Origin: Alphaproteobacteria bacterium
GTDB taxonomy: Bacteria > Pseudomonadota > Alphaproteobacteria > Rhodobacterales > Rhodobacteraceae
Assembly: GCA_030431485.1 (NCBI GenBank)
Contig: JAUIIR010000010.1
Location: 331 to 64,330, forward strand
Reading direction: 5' to 3'
Length of the DNA: 64,000 nucleotides
In this document: positions 27,932-35,802 of the stretch, in pieces
How the letters are laid out: the number at the start of each line of letters is the position of its first letter
How positions within the stretch are numbered: position 1 is the stretch's first letter
The notes under the pieces: model-generated
What the model saw: the letters and a program-made list of their open reading frames with translations, nothing else
The model's database searches: none
What the model was told of the DNA's origin: nothing
Program-made: the position numbers and the translations under genes

Positions 27932-29241
27932 TGGAATGGTTCGAAGCCCTTGGTCTGCTGGTCGGCAGCATCATGCTCCTCATGGCAATCGGCATGCCCG
28001 TGGCGCTGGCTTTCCTTGCCGCCAACATCATCGGTGCGTGGGTGTTCATGGGCGGCGACCGTGGGGTTGTCGCGCTGCTGAACAATGGTTGGGGGGCGCT
28101 GACGATTTTTGCGCTGGTGCCCATTCCGCTGTTCCTGCTGATGGGCGAGGTCTTCTTCCAGACGGGTCTGGGCAGTCGCATGTTCTCGGCCATAGACAAA
28201 CTTCTGGGACGGTTGCCCGGTCGTCTGAGCTATGTCACCGTTCTGGGCGGCACCGGGTTTTCAACACTGTCGGGGTCGTCGATGGGATCAACCGCGCTTT
28301 TGGGGTCGCTGATGGTGCCCGAGATGAACCGGCGTGGATACAAAAGCCATATGTCCATCGGCCCAATCCTCGGAACTGGCGGGCTGGCGATCATCATTCC
28401 GCCGTCGGCGCTCGCCGTTCTGCTGGCGACGCTCGCCAAAATTGATGTAGGCGCGCTGCTGATCGCCGGGGTCATTCCCGGCTTGATCCTCGCCAGCTTC
28501 TACGTTGCGACGATCTACCTGCAAACCAAGCTCGACCCCACTGCGGCCCCTGCCTATGACGTCGAACAGATGACGGCGGCTGAGAAGCTGGGCATCCTGA
28601 TGCGCGACGTGGTGCCGATGATCGGATTGATGGTGGTCATCGTGATCATGATGATCAACGGCATCGTCACCCCGTCCGAAGCGGCGGCTTTTGGCGCGCT
28701 AGGGGTCTTGGTCCTTGCTGCCTTCTATCGCTGTCTGACTTGGGACGCAGTCAAGAAATCGGTGCGCGGCGCGTTGCGCGTGACCCTTATGGCGTACCTG
28801 ATTGTCTTTGGGTCTGCGACCTTCAGCCAGCTTCTGGCGTTCTCCGGTGCATCCAAGGGGCTGATCAATTGGGCAACGGGGTTCGATCTGGACCCGACAC
28901 TGATGCTCTTGGTGATGTTTGGTGTGCTGCTGCTCTTGGGAATGTTCATGGAGCAGATCTCCATCATGCTGTTGACTGTGCCGATCTTTTTCCCGCTCGC
29001 TCAGACGCTGGAATTCGACCCGATCTGGTTCGGCCTGATCATGCTGTTGTCGTTGGAAATCAGTTTCACCACACCGCCCTTCGGGCTCCTGCTTTTTGTG
29101 ATGAAGGGCGTGGCTCCGCCGAACACGACCATGCGCGAGATTTATCGTGCCGCGATTCCGTTCATTTTGTGCTCGCTGCTCGTGGTTGCGCTTTTGATCC
29201 TGTTCCCGTCGCTTGCGACATGGCTGCCGGGTCTGGGCTGA
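27931..29241 (+). CDS. TRAP transporter large permease (DctM family)
   Basis: 436-aa polytopic membrane protein with DctM-like motifs (LFLLMGEVF, SGSSMGSTALLGSLMVPEM). Confidence 0.85.
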   Translation: MEWFEALGLLVGSIMLLMAIGMPVALAFLAANIIGAWVFMGGDRGVVALLNNGWGALTIFALVPIPLFLLMGEVFFQTGLGSRMFSAIDKLLGRLPGRLSYVTVLGGTGFSTLSGSSMGSTALLGSLMVPEMNRRGYKSHMSIGPILGTGGLAIIIPPSALAVLLATLAKIDVGALLIAGVIPGLILASFYVATIYLQTKLDPTAAPAYDVEQMTAAEKLGILMRDVVPMIGLMVVIVIMMINGIVTPSEAAAFGALGVLVLAAFYRCLTWDAVKKSVRGALRVTLMAYLIVFGSATFSQLLAFSGASKGLINWATGFDLDPTLMLLVMFGVLLLLGMFMEQISIMLLTVPIFFPLAQTLEFDPIWFGLIMLLSLEISFTTPPFGLLLFVMKGVAPPNTTMREIYRAAIPFILCSLLVVALLILFPSLATWLPGLG

Positions 29242-29405
29242 CCTATTCCCGCAAAAGATGAGCGCCTAGGGCTGTTTGCGGCGCGGATGATCCGGCGCAG
29301 CTCAAATCGCCCAATAAATAGGCAAATAGCAAGGTTTTTGTGCGCATCATGCTCTTGGTCGCGGCATCGTCTTGCACTTCTGCCAGCACTGGGCAACCGT
29401 AAGCT

Positions 29406-30830
29406 ATGTCTGAAAACTCTGTTTTTGATGAAATGTGGGGTCGTGATGCGCAAGTTCGCGCTCCCTATAAGAACTTTTTTGACTGGTTCGATCAGGAAGA
29501 CCCGAAGCGGTTAAGGGCTAAGAACCGAGAGGCGGAAGACCTGTTCCGCCTGACCGGCATCACCTTTAATGTCTACGGTCGCGCTGAGGCTGAAGAGCGC
29601 CTGATCCCGTTCGATATCATTCCCCGTATCATCTCGGGTGCGGAGTGGGCCAAGCTGTCGCGCGGCATCGAACAGCGGGTTCGCGCAATCAACGCCTTCT
29701 TGCACGATATCTATCACACACAGGAAATCGTGAAGGCCGGGCGGATCCCGCGCGAAATGATTTCGCAGAACGAAGCATTCCAACCCAAGATGATTGGCGT
29801 CGATGTGCCTGGCGGCGTCTACACGCATATTGTCGGCATCGACCTTGTCTGCACCGGGCCGGGCGAGTTTTACGTTCTCGAAGATAACGCGCGCACTCCA
29901 TCGGGCGTGAGCTATATGCTCGAAAACAGGGAAACGATGCTGCAGATGTTCCCCGAGCTTTTCTCGAAGAACCGGGTGCAGCCTGTGCAGCAATATCCCA
30001 TCGAATTGCGCCGGTCGCTTGCGGCATGCGCACCTGCGATGGCGAATGGAGACCCGACCGTCGCCGTGCTGACGCCGGGAATCTACAACTCGGCCTATTT
30101 CGAACACGCTTTTCTTGCCGACCAGATGGGCGTCGAGCTTGTAGAAGGGCATGACCTGCGGGTGATCGACGGTCGCGTCGCAATGCGGACGACGCATGGG
30201 TATCAGCCGATCGACGTCCTGTATCGCCGGGTCGATGATGATTTTCTCGACCCGTTGAACTTCAATCCGGAAAGCCAGTTGGGTGTGCCGGGGATTATGG
30301 ATGTCTATCGCGCCGGCGGGATCACCATCGCTAATGCTCCGGGAACAGGTATTTCCGACGACAAGGCAATTTATTCCTACATGCCGGACATCGTCGAGTT
30401 CTATACCGGCGAACGGCCGTTGCTTCAGAACGTGCCGACATGGCGCTGCTCGGAACCCGATGCGCTTGCCTATGTGCTCGACAACCTCGAAGATCTTGTG
30501 GTCAAGGAGGTGCATGGCTCAGGCGGATACGGCATGCTGATTGGTCCGACCGCGACCAAGAAGGAGATCGCGAACTTCCGCAAGAAGCTTAAAGCCCGAC
30601 CCAAGAACTATATCGCGCAGCCAACCCTGAGCCTGTCTACTGTGCCGATTTTCTCGAAGACAGGTCTTGCTCCGCGTCACGTCGATCTGAGGCCGTACGT
30701 TATGGTCAGTCCGGACGGAATAAAGATCACTCCAGGTGGTTTGACCCGCGTTGCTCTCAAGAAAGGGTCTTTGGTTGTAAACTCGTCGCAAGGCGGCGGC
30801 ACCAAAGACACTTGGGTTCTGGAGGAGTAG
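29406..30830 (+). CDS. Circularly permuted ATP-grasp protein (type 2; DUF404/DUF407-like)
   Basis: 474 aa. The context is diagnostic: it is immediately followed by alpha-E, transglutaminase and Anbu genes. The sequence resembles CP ATP-grasp proteins (VLEDNARTPSGVSYMLENR, VVKEVHGSGGYGMLIGP). Confidence 0.75.
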   Translation: MSENSVFDEMWGRDAQVRAPYKNFFDWFDQEDPKRLRAKNREAEDLFRLTGITFNVYGRAEAEERLIPFDIIPRIISGAEWAKLSRGIEQRVRAINAFLHDIYHTQEIVKAGRIPREMISQNEAFQPKMIGVDVPGGVYTHIVGIDLVCTGPGEFYVLEDNARTPSGVSYMLENRETMLQMFPELFSKNRVQPVQQYPIELRRSLAACAPAMANGDPTVAVLTPGIYNSAYFEHAFLADQMGVELVEGHDLRVIDGRVAMRTTHGYQPIDVLYRRVDDDFLDPLNFNPESQLGVPGIMDVYRAGGITIANAPGTGISDDKAIYSYMPDIVEFYTGERPLLQNVPTWRCSEPDALAYVLDNLEDLVVKEVHGSGGYGMLIGPTATKKEIANFRKKLKARPKNYIAQPTLSLSTVPIFSKTGLAPRHVDLRPYVMVSPDGIKITPGGLTRVALKKGSLVVNSSQGGGTKDTWVLEE

Positions 30831-30834
30831 CGCG

Positions 30835-31776
30835 ATGTTGGGAAAAACCGCCAATGGCCTCTTCTGGATGTATCGCTACATGGAGAGGGCCGAGAACACC
30901 GCACGCCTGATCGAAACCGGCCAGCGCATCGCTCTCACGCGACTTAATCAAGGTGATGACGAATGGGCGTCCGTCCTGCAGTCGGCCGATTGCCTGAATG
31001 GCTTCCGTTCAGCGCATGACGAGATTTCGCGCGATCTGGCTGTCGACTGGATGCTGCGCAGCAAGGACAACCCATCTTCGGTAGTGTCCAGCGTCAACGC
31101 GGCACGCCAAAATGCACGCCTGGTGCGCACAGCAATCACGGGCGATGTGTGGGAGGCTGTGAACTCGGCCTACATGGCATTGAAAACCGCGCTTGCACGC
31201 AAGGTGTCAGAACGCGATTTGCCCAGTGTTCTGCGACTGATCCGCCATCACGCCGCATTGGTCCGGGGGGTGACGCATGGCACGATGCTGCGCAATGATA
31301 TCTACGATTTTGCCCGTCTTGGTACGTTCCTCGAACGTGCGGATAACACCGCCCGCATCCTTGATGTGAAGTACTACGTTTTGCTGCCCTCGGCACGGGC
31401 AGTGGGAACATCCATCGACAATGTGCAGTGGGAATCCATCCTGCGCTCGGTCTCGGCCAAGGGCGGTTTCCGGATGGAATATGGCGCGGGCGGGGGTCCC
31501 CGTGAAATCGCAGCCTTTCTGATCCTTGATCGTCGGATGCCCAGATCACTGGCGTTTTGTGCCGGTAAACTGAGCGACAACCTTGGTTATCTGGGCAGTG
31601 AAGACGATGCCGGAAATGTTTCGCGCGCGATGGTCGGCGCACTGAGAGACAGGCTCACGACCAAGAGCATTGACGATATCTTTGAATACGGGTTGCATGA
31701 GTTTCTTCAAACAACCCTTGAGGATCTGTCTGGCATTTCTCGGCAAATTGAACAGGATTTCCGGTTTTATGCCTGA
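30835..31776 (+). CDS. Alpha-E domain protein (DUF403-like)
   Basis: The N-terminus MLGKTANGLFWMYRYMERAENTARLI is the characteristic alpha-E start. 4-nt gap after the ATP-grasp gene. Confidence 0.8.
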   Translation: MLGKTANGLFWMYRYMERAENTARLIETGQRIALTRLNQGDDEWASVLQSADCLNGFRSAHDEISRDLAVDWMLRSKDNPSSVVSSVNAARQNARLVRTAITGDVWEAVNSAYMALKTALARKVSERDLPSVLRLIRHHAALVRGVTHGTMLRNDIYDFARLGTFLERADNTARILDVKYYVLLPSARAVGTSIDNVQWESILRSVSAKGGFRMEYGAGGGPREIAAFLILDRRMPRSLAFCAGKLSDNLGYLGSEDDAGNVSRAMVGALRDRLTTKSIDDIFEYGLHEFLQTTLEDLSGISRQIEQDFRFYA

Positions 31777-31797
31777 GACACATCGCACAGCCCGCTT

Positions 31798-32595
31798 ATG
31801 CGCCTGAAGATCGAACATACGACGCTCTACCGTTTTGACACTCCGGTGCTTTACGGGCTGCAGCAACTTCGCAAGACGCCGAAGTCCTCGTACAATCAGT
31901 CGGTCATCTCGTGGGAAACGCGCATTGAAGGGGGCCGCAAAGAACTCAGCTTTGAGGATCATCATCACAACACCACCGAATTGATCAGCTTTGACGCTCA
32001 TATCACTGAAATGTCGGTGATCAGCGCAGGAGAAGTTGAGGTCTCGGACACGGCTGGTGTGCTTGGCCCGCATCATGGAATGACACCGCTGTGGCTCTAT
32101 TGTCTGACCACGCCGAGGACCGAAGCAGGGGCCGGCACGCGTGCTCTTGTCAAAGGAATAAGCGCCGAACCGGATATCGCGGATTTGCACGCGCTGTCAG
32201 AGAGAATACGCACCGAGGTGCCGTACACTCTGGGTGTCTCGTCCCCTGACTGGAGTGCTGAAGACGCCATTGCGGCTAAGCAGGGGGTCTGCCAGGATCA
32301 CACCCACATCATGATTGCCTGCGCACGGGCGCTGAAATTGCCAGCCCGATATGCCAGCGGCTACCTGATGCTGAATGAAACCACCACGCAAGAGGCCATG
32401 CATGCCTGGGCTGAGGTGCATGTCGATGGGCTCGGCTGGGTCGGTTTTGACGTGTCCAATGGTGTTTCGCCTGACACACGCTATGTGCGTGTTGCGACGG
32501 GGCTGGACTATTCCGATGCAGCCCCGATATCTGGTACACGGATTGGCGGCGTGAATGAAGAACTCGACGTCCGCATCAACGTGGTTCAGCAATAA
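31798..32595 (+). CDS. Transglutaminase-family protein (Bact_transglu_N plus transglutaminase core)
   Basis: N-terminus MRLKIEHTTLYRFDTPV. Core Cys-His-Asp signature: QGVCQDHTHIMIACARALKLPARYASGYL, HAWAEVHVDGLGWVGFDVSNG. Confidence 0.85.
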   Translation: MRLKIEHTTLYRFDTPVLYGLQQLRKTPKSSYNQSVISWETRIEGGRKELSFEDHHHNTTELISFDAHITEMSVISAGEVEVSDTAGVLGPHHGMTPLWLYCLTTPRTEAGAGTRALVKGISAEPDIADLHALSERIRTEVPYTLGVSSPDWSAEDAIAAKQGVCQDHTHIMIACARALKLPARYASGYLMLNETTTQEAMHAWAEVHVDGLGWVGFDVSNGVSPDTRYVRVATGLDYSDAAPISGTRIGGVNEELDVRINVVQQ

Positions 32596-32605
32596 AGGCT
32601 CCCAA

Positions 32606-33346
32606 GTGACATATTGCGTTGGAATGATGCTGCGCAGCGGCTTGGTCTTCATGTCAGACACGCGCACCAACGCGGGGTTGGACAATATCTCGACCTTCAA
32701 AAAGATGACCATCTGGGAAGAGCCGGGCGAACGCGTGCTGACTCTTATGTCGGCGGGCAACCTTGCTACCACCCAAGCCGTGGTCAGCCTGTTGGACGAG
32801 CGCAGCAAACAACCCGAGGACCGGACGCCATCGCTGATGAAGGCGCCGTCGATGTTTCAGGCGGCTTGCATGGTTGGTGATACGCTTCGCGAGGTGATCA
32901 AGGGATTGACGGAAGGCGGTCAACGTGCCGACAGCGCCTTTGAAGCCACATTGATCCTTGGTGGACAGATCGCGGGCAGCCCGCCACGTCTGTTCCTGAT
33001 TTATCCGCAGGGCAATTTCATTGAAGCGGGAGAGGACACGCCGTTCTTTCAGATCGGAGAGATCAAATACGGTCGTCCGATCCTTGTACGCGCCTACGAC
33101 CCCGATCTGGACTTTGCAGATGCGCTCAAGCTCTTGCTTGTCAGCTTTGACTCCACGCTCAAGGCCAATCTGTCTGTTGGCGCACCGCTTGATTACTTCT
33201 GCTACACAACTGACAGCCTTGAGAAAAAGCACATTGGTCGTGTCGAAGCAGACAATCCCGAATTTCAGGCAATCTCGACTCAGTGGGGCAATGCGCTTAA
33301 GCAGGCGCTGGATACGTTGCCTGACGTCAATCTGAACACGAACTGA
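32606..33346 (+). CDS. Anbu, a proteasome-type (Ntn) protease beta-subunit homologue
   Basis: An in-frame GTG at 32606 gives (M)TYCVGMMLRSGLVFMSDTRTNAGLDNISTFKK, i.e. a Thr directly after the initiator. This matches my recollection of Anbu N-termini. The track ORF from 32555 overlaps the transglutaminase gene and is probably too long. Confidence 0.8.
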   Translation: MTYCVGMMLRSGLVFMSDTRTNAGLDNISTFKKMTIWEEPGERVLTLMSAGNLATTQAVVSLLDERSKQPEDRTPSLMKAPSMFQAACMVGDTLREVIKGLTEGGQRADSAFEATLILGGQIAGSPPRLFLIYPQGNFIEAGEDTPFFQIGEIKYGRPILVRAYDPDLDFADALKLLLVSFDSTLKANLSVGAPLDYFCYTTDSLEKKHIGRVEADNPEFQAISTQWGNALKQALDTLPDVNLNTN

Positions 33347-33369
33347 ACTTTAAGCCGGAAAGCCCTGTC

Positions 33370-34323
33370 ATGACTGCAAGCCCCGTTATCTGCGTTGGCG
33401 GTGAAAACCTTATTGATCACGTCACCCGCGATGGCGACGTGTCAGCCCTTGCCGGCGGCTCGCCGTTCAATGTTGCAATGGCGCTTGGCCGCCAACAGGC
33501 GAATGTGCACTATCTGACACCGATCTCCACAGATGAGTGGGGGGACCTTCTCGCCGATACCCTCGTTTCGTCAGGTGTTAAGCTCGCCGGGGGGCGCGTC
33601 GATGCTCCAACAACAATTGCGCGCGTCACCGTCACCAACGGGATTCCGTCTTACGTCTTTGAACGCGATGGCACAGCCGAGCGGAGGATAACTGCAGCTT
33701 CATTATCGTCTGCGATGCCATCGGAAACGCGCGCTCTCCATACGGGGTCGCTGGCCCTGACGGACGGAGCGGATGCGGATGCGTGGGAGGAGACCTGCAA
33801 AGCTGCATATGCGGCGGGTACGCTTGTTTCGCTGGACCCAAACGTCCGCCTGTCCGTCATCACCGATATCGATGCCTATCGCGCACGGATCTTCCGCATG
33901 ATGAAATCTGTGCACGTGCTCAAATTGAGCGACGAAGACCTTGAAGGCCTTTGCCCGGACATGCCGCAGGATAAAGCGCTGGATCATGTAAAGGCGCAAA
34001 GCTCGGCCGCGTTGGTGGTGATGACCAAAGGTCCAGATGGCGCAACCGCGATGCGTAGCGATGTGAGTGTCGACATCCCTGCACCGCCGGTTCCCGGACT
34101 GGTCGACACGGTCGGGGCCGGCGACACGTTTATGGCCACCCTTCTGGCGGGCTTGGCGCGGATATCTGTCTTGTCGGCGGATGCTCTGACCGTTCTGAAT
34201 GCCGAGCAAGTCGAGGCCTTGATCCGTCGCGCAGGCATGGCCGCGGCACTCAACTGCAGCCGGGCCGGGTGCAATCCGCCCACTCTGGCCGAACTTGACA
34301 CAGCGATGGCTGCGGCGGGCTGA
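33370..34323 (+). CDS. PfkB-family carbohydrate kinase (fructokinase-like)
   Basis: ICVGGENLID at the N-terminus and the C-terminal PfkB signature DTVGAGDTFMATLLAGL. Confidence 0.8.
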   Translation: MTASPVICVGGENLIDHVTRDGDVSALAGGSPFNVAMALGRQQANVHYLTPISTDEWGDLLADTLVSSGVKLAGGRVDAPTTIARVTVTNGIPSYVFERDGTAERRITAASLSSAMPSETRALHTGSLALTDGADADAWEETCKAAYAAGTLVSLDPNVRLSVITDIDAYRARIFRMMKSVHVLKLSDEDLEGLCPDMPQDKALDHVKAQSSAALVVMTKGPDGATAMRSDVSVDIPAPPVPGLVDTVGAGDTFMATLLAGLARISVLSADALTVLNAEQVEALIRRAGMAAALNCSRAGCNPPTLAELDTAMAAAG

Positions 34324-34327
34324 TCTC

Positions 34328-34984
34328 ATGGACCTTTACCTCGACACGGCCGACCAAAAAGCATGGTCAGATCTCATGCCGACCGGTGTTTTCAAAGGCA
34401 TCACGACCAACCCACTTCTGGCACAGCGTGCCGGGCTCGAATATCCAACAATCAATTGGACCGATATGGCGCAGCGCGCGCATGATCTTGGAGCGCGGGA
34501 GCTGCACGCGCAGGTGTTTGGTCCGGTCGAGACCTACGTGGATTGGGCAGGTCGACTCTATGAGGCCGGCGCCAGGGTCGGCATACAAACAGTGGTCAAG
34601 ATCCCGATGACGCCGGAAGCTCTGCATGCAGTACCTTCGGTCAAGGCGCTTGGTGGTCCGATCCTTCTGACAGCGGTCTACGATCCCAAGCAGATTTTCG
34701 TCGCGAAAGCCTTGGGCGCCGAGTTCGCGGCACCGTATTTTGGCCGCATGCACGAAGCCGGTCTGCCCGCGCTTGATCGCCTCGAACAAATGCTGGTCAT
34801 TTCAGGCGGCGCACCACGTATCCTTGTGGCTTCGCTCCGCAGTACCGAGCAAATGGTGGCGCTTGCTATGCGCGGGCTCGATTGTTTCACCCTCGCACCG
34901 GATGTGGCCAAAAGTCTGCTGTTGGATCCCATGACCGAAGAGGCGGCTGCAGCTTTCGAGGCAGCCGCCGGTCAGGGCCTATAA
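34328..34984 (+). CDS. Transaldolase-family protein of the short Fsa/TalC type
   Basis: The ATG at 34328 gives MDLYLDTADQKAWSDLMPTGVFKGITTNPLL. Candidate Schiff-base Lys in VVKIPMT. Length is about 218 aa, as in Fsa/TalC-like enzymes. Confidence 0.75.
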   Translation: MDLYLDTADQKAWSDLMPTGVFKGITTNPLLAQRAGLEYPTINWTDMAQRAHDLGARELHAQVFGPVETYVDWAGRLYEAGARVGIQTVVKIPMTPEALHAVPSVKALGGPILLTAVYDPKQIFVAKALGAEFAAPYFGRMHEAGLPALDRLEQMLVISGGAPRILVASLRSTEQMVALAMRGLDCFTLAPDVAKSLLLDPMTEEAAAAFEAAAGQGL

Positions 34985-35281
34985 AGACAAGCGACGTTCT
35001 TTTGCTCCGCCGCGCCTGCGTGGTTTCGGCAGAGCGAGATCAAGCGGCTTCAATGGGGCATCCAAAGAGGTTTTGAGCAAAGCGCAAAACTCTGCCACCG
35101 CTGGATCTGTGTCCTTGAATGGTGCGGCCGCCATAAAGGCACAGGTCGCCTCGGTCAGATAGCAGGCCTGCGGTGGTAGGCTGCCCAACCATTGCATATA
35201 GCCCAGCTGCCCGATTTCCCGCGCACGTTCCGCGGTGCGTGGATTGACCTGCAGCTGGGTCAGGGTTCGTTCGATCGACAT
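34979..35281 (-). CDS. Hypothetical 100-aa protein, the only ORF downstream of the cobalamin riboswitch
   Basis: The ATG at 35281 is preceded by GGAGGG about 6 nt upstream. Sequence: MSIERTLTQLQVNPRTAERAREIGQLGYMQWLGSLPPQACYLTEATCAFMAAAPFKDTD...PKPRRRGGAKERRLSL. I recognise no family. The track ORF (to 35482) runs into the riboswitch aptamer, so the shorter start is preferred. Confidence 0.55.
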   Translation of the reverse strand: MSIERTLTQLQVNPRTAERAREIGQLGYMQWLGSLPPQACYLTEATCAFMAAAPFKDTDPAVAEFCALLKTSLDAPLKPLDLALPKPRRRGGAKERRLSL

Positions 35282-35393
35282 AAAGCGCCCTCCGCGCTGA
35301 GACGGGCTGCATCGAGGTCGGGTCCATGAGTCGCACCACAACAGCGCAAGGCATGTCGACCTCCGGTGCACCCCGCCCGGGTTCAGTTCACAT

Positions 35394-35562
35394 GTGATGG
35401 CAGGTCTCCTGACTTGCGGGTCATCATGCGGTTCGCACCTTCCCAGGCTCATCGGCCCAGTGGTCTTGCGCGAAGCACTCACCGCTTACAGTTGCGGGGG
35501 CAGTCACGGATTTTCACCGTATTCCCTATTCGGACAGCGCGTAGCACGCTGCCCACCATCAC
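35394..35562 (-). promoter_or_regulatory. Cobalamin (B12) riboswitch aptamer
   Basis: The minus strand reads GGUGAUGGUGGGCAGCGUGCUACGCGCUGUCCGAAUAGGGAAUACGGUGAAAAUCCGUGACUGCCCCCGCAACUGUAAGCGGUGAG..GACCACUGGGCC..CUGGGAAGGUGCG..CAAGUCAGGAGACCUGCCAUCAC. All hallmark blocks are present: AAUAGGGAA, GGUGAAAAUCC, GCCCCCGCAACUGUAA, GCCACUGG-like, GGGAAGG and the B12 box AGUCAGGAGACCUGCC. A closing P1 helix pairs GUGAUGG with CCAUCAC. Confidence 0.88.
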
Positions 35563-35802
35563 CCCGCACTGTCACAGAGGACGCGATTCCAGGCAATCGA
35601 ATTTCATGCCTCTGTCGAATTCGACGCAGTTCCCGGAGCGCCTTCACAGATTGTTAAGCTCCGGGTGCAAAAAACCGGCAGAACCGAGGCAAGTTTGCCC
35701 GAATTGATCACCCCAGGAAATCGTGTGATGCGCAAGATCAGGCAATTTCAATCACATCGCCGGCTGTGTGCCGCTGCTGGAAAGCAGGATCATCGGGATC
35801 GC

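Noticed and set aside
35040-35354. An alternative 104-aa minus-strand ORF as the cargo of the cobalamin riboswitch.
   Set aside because: It has no SD and is Arg/Gly/Ala-rich and low-complexity. It overlaps, out of frame, the 100-aa ORF that has a GGAGGG SD and more protein-like composition.
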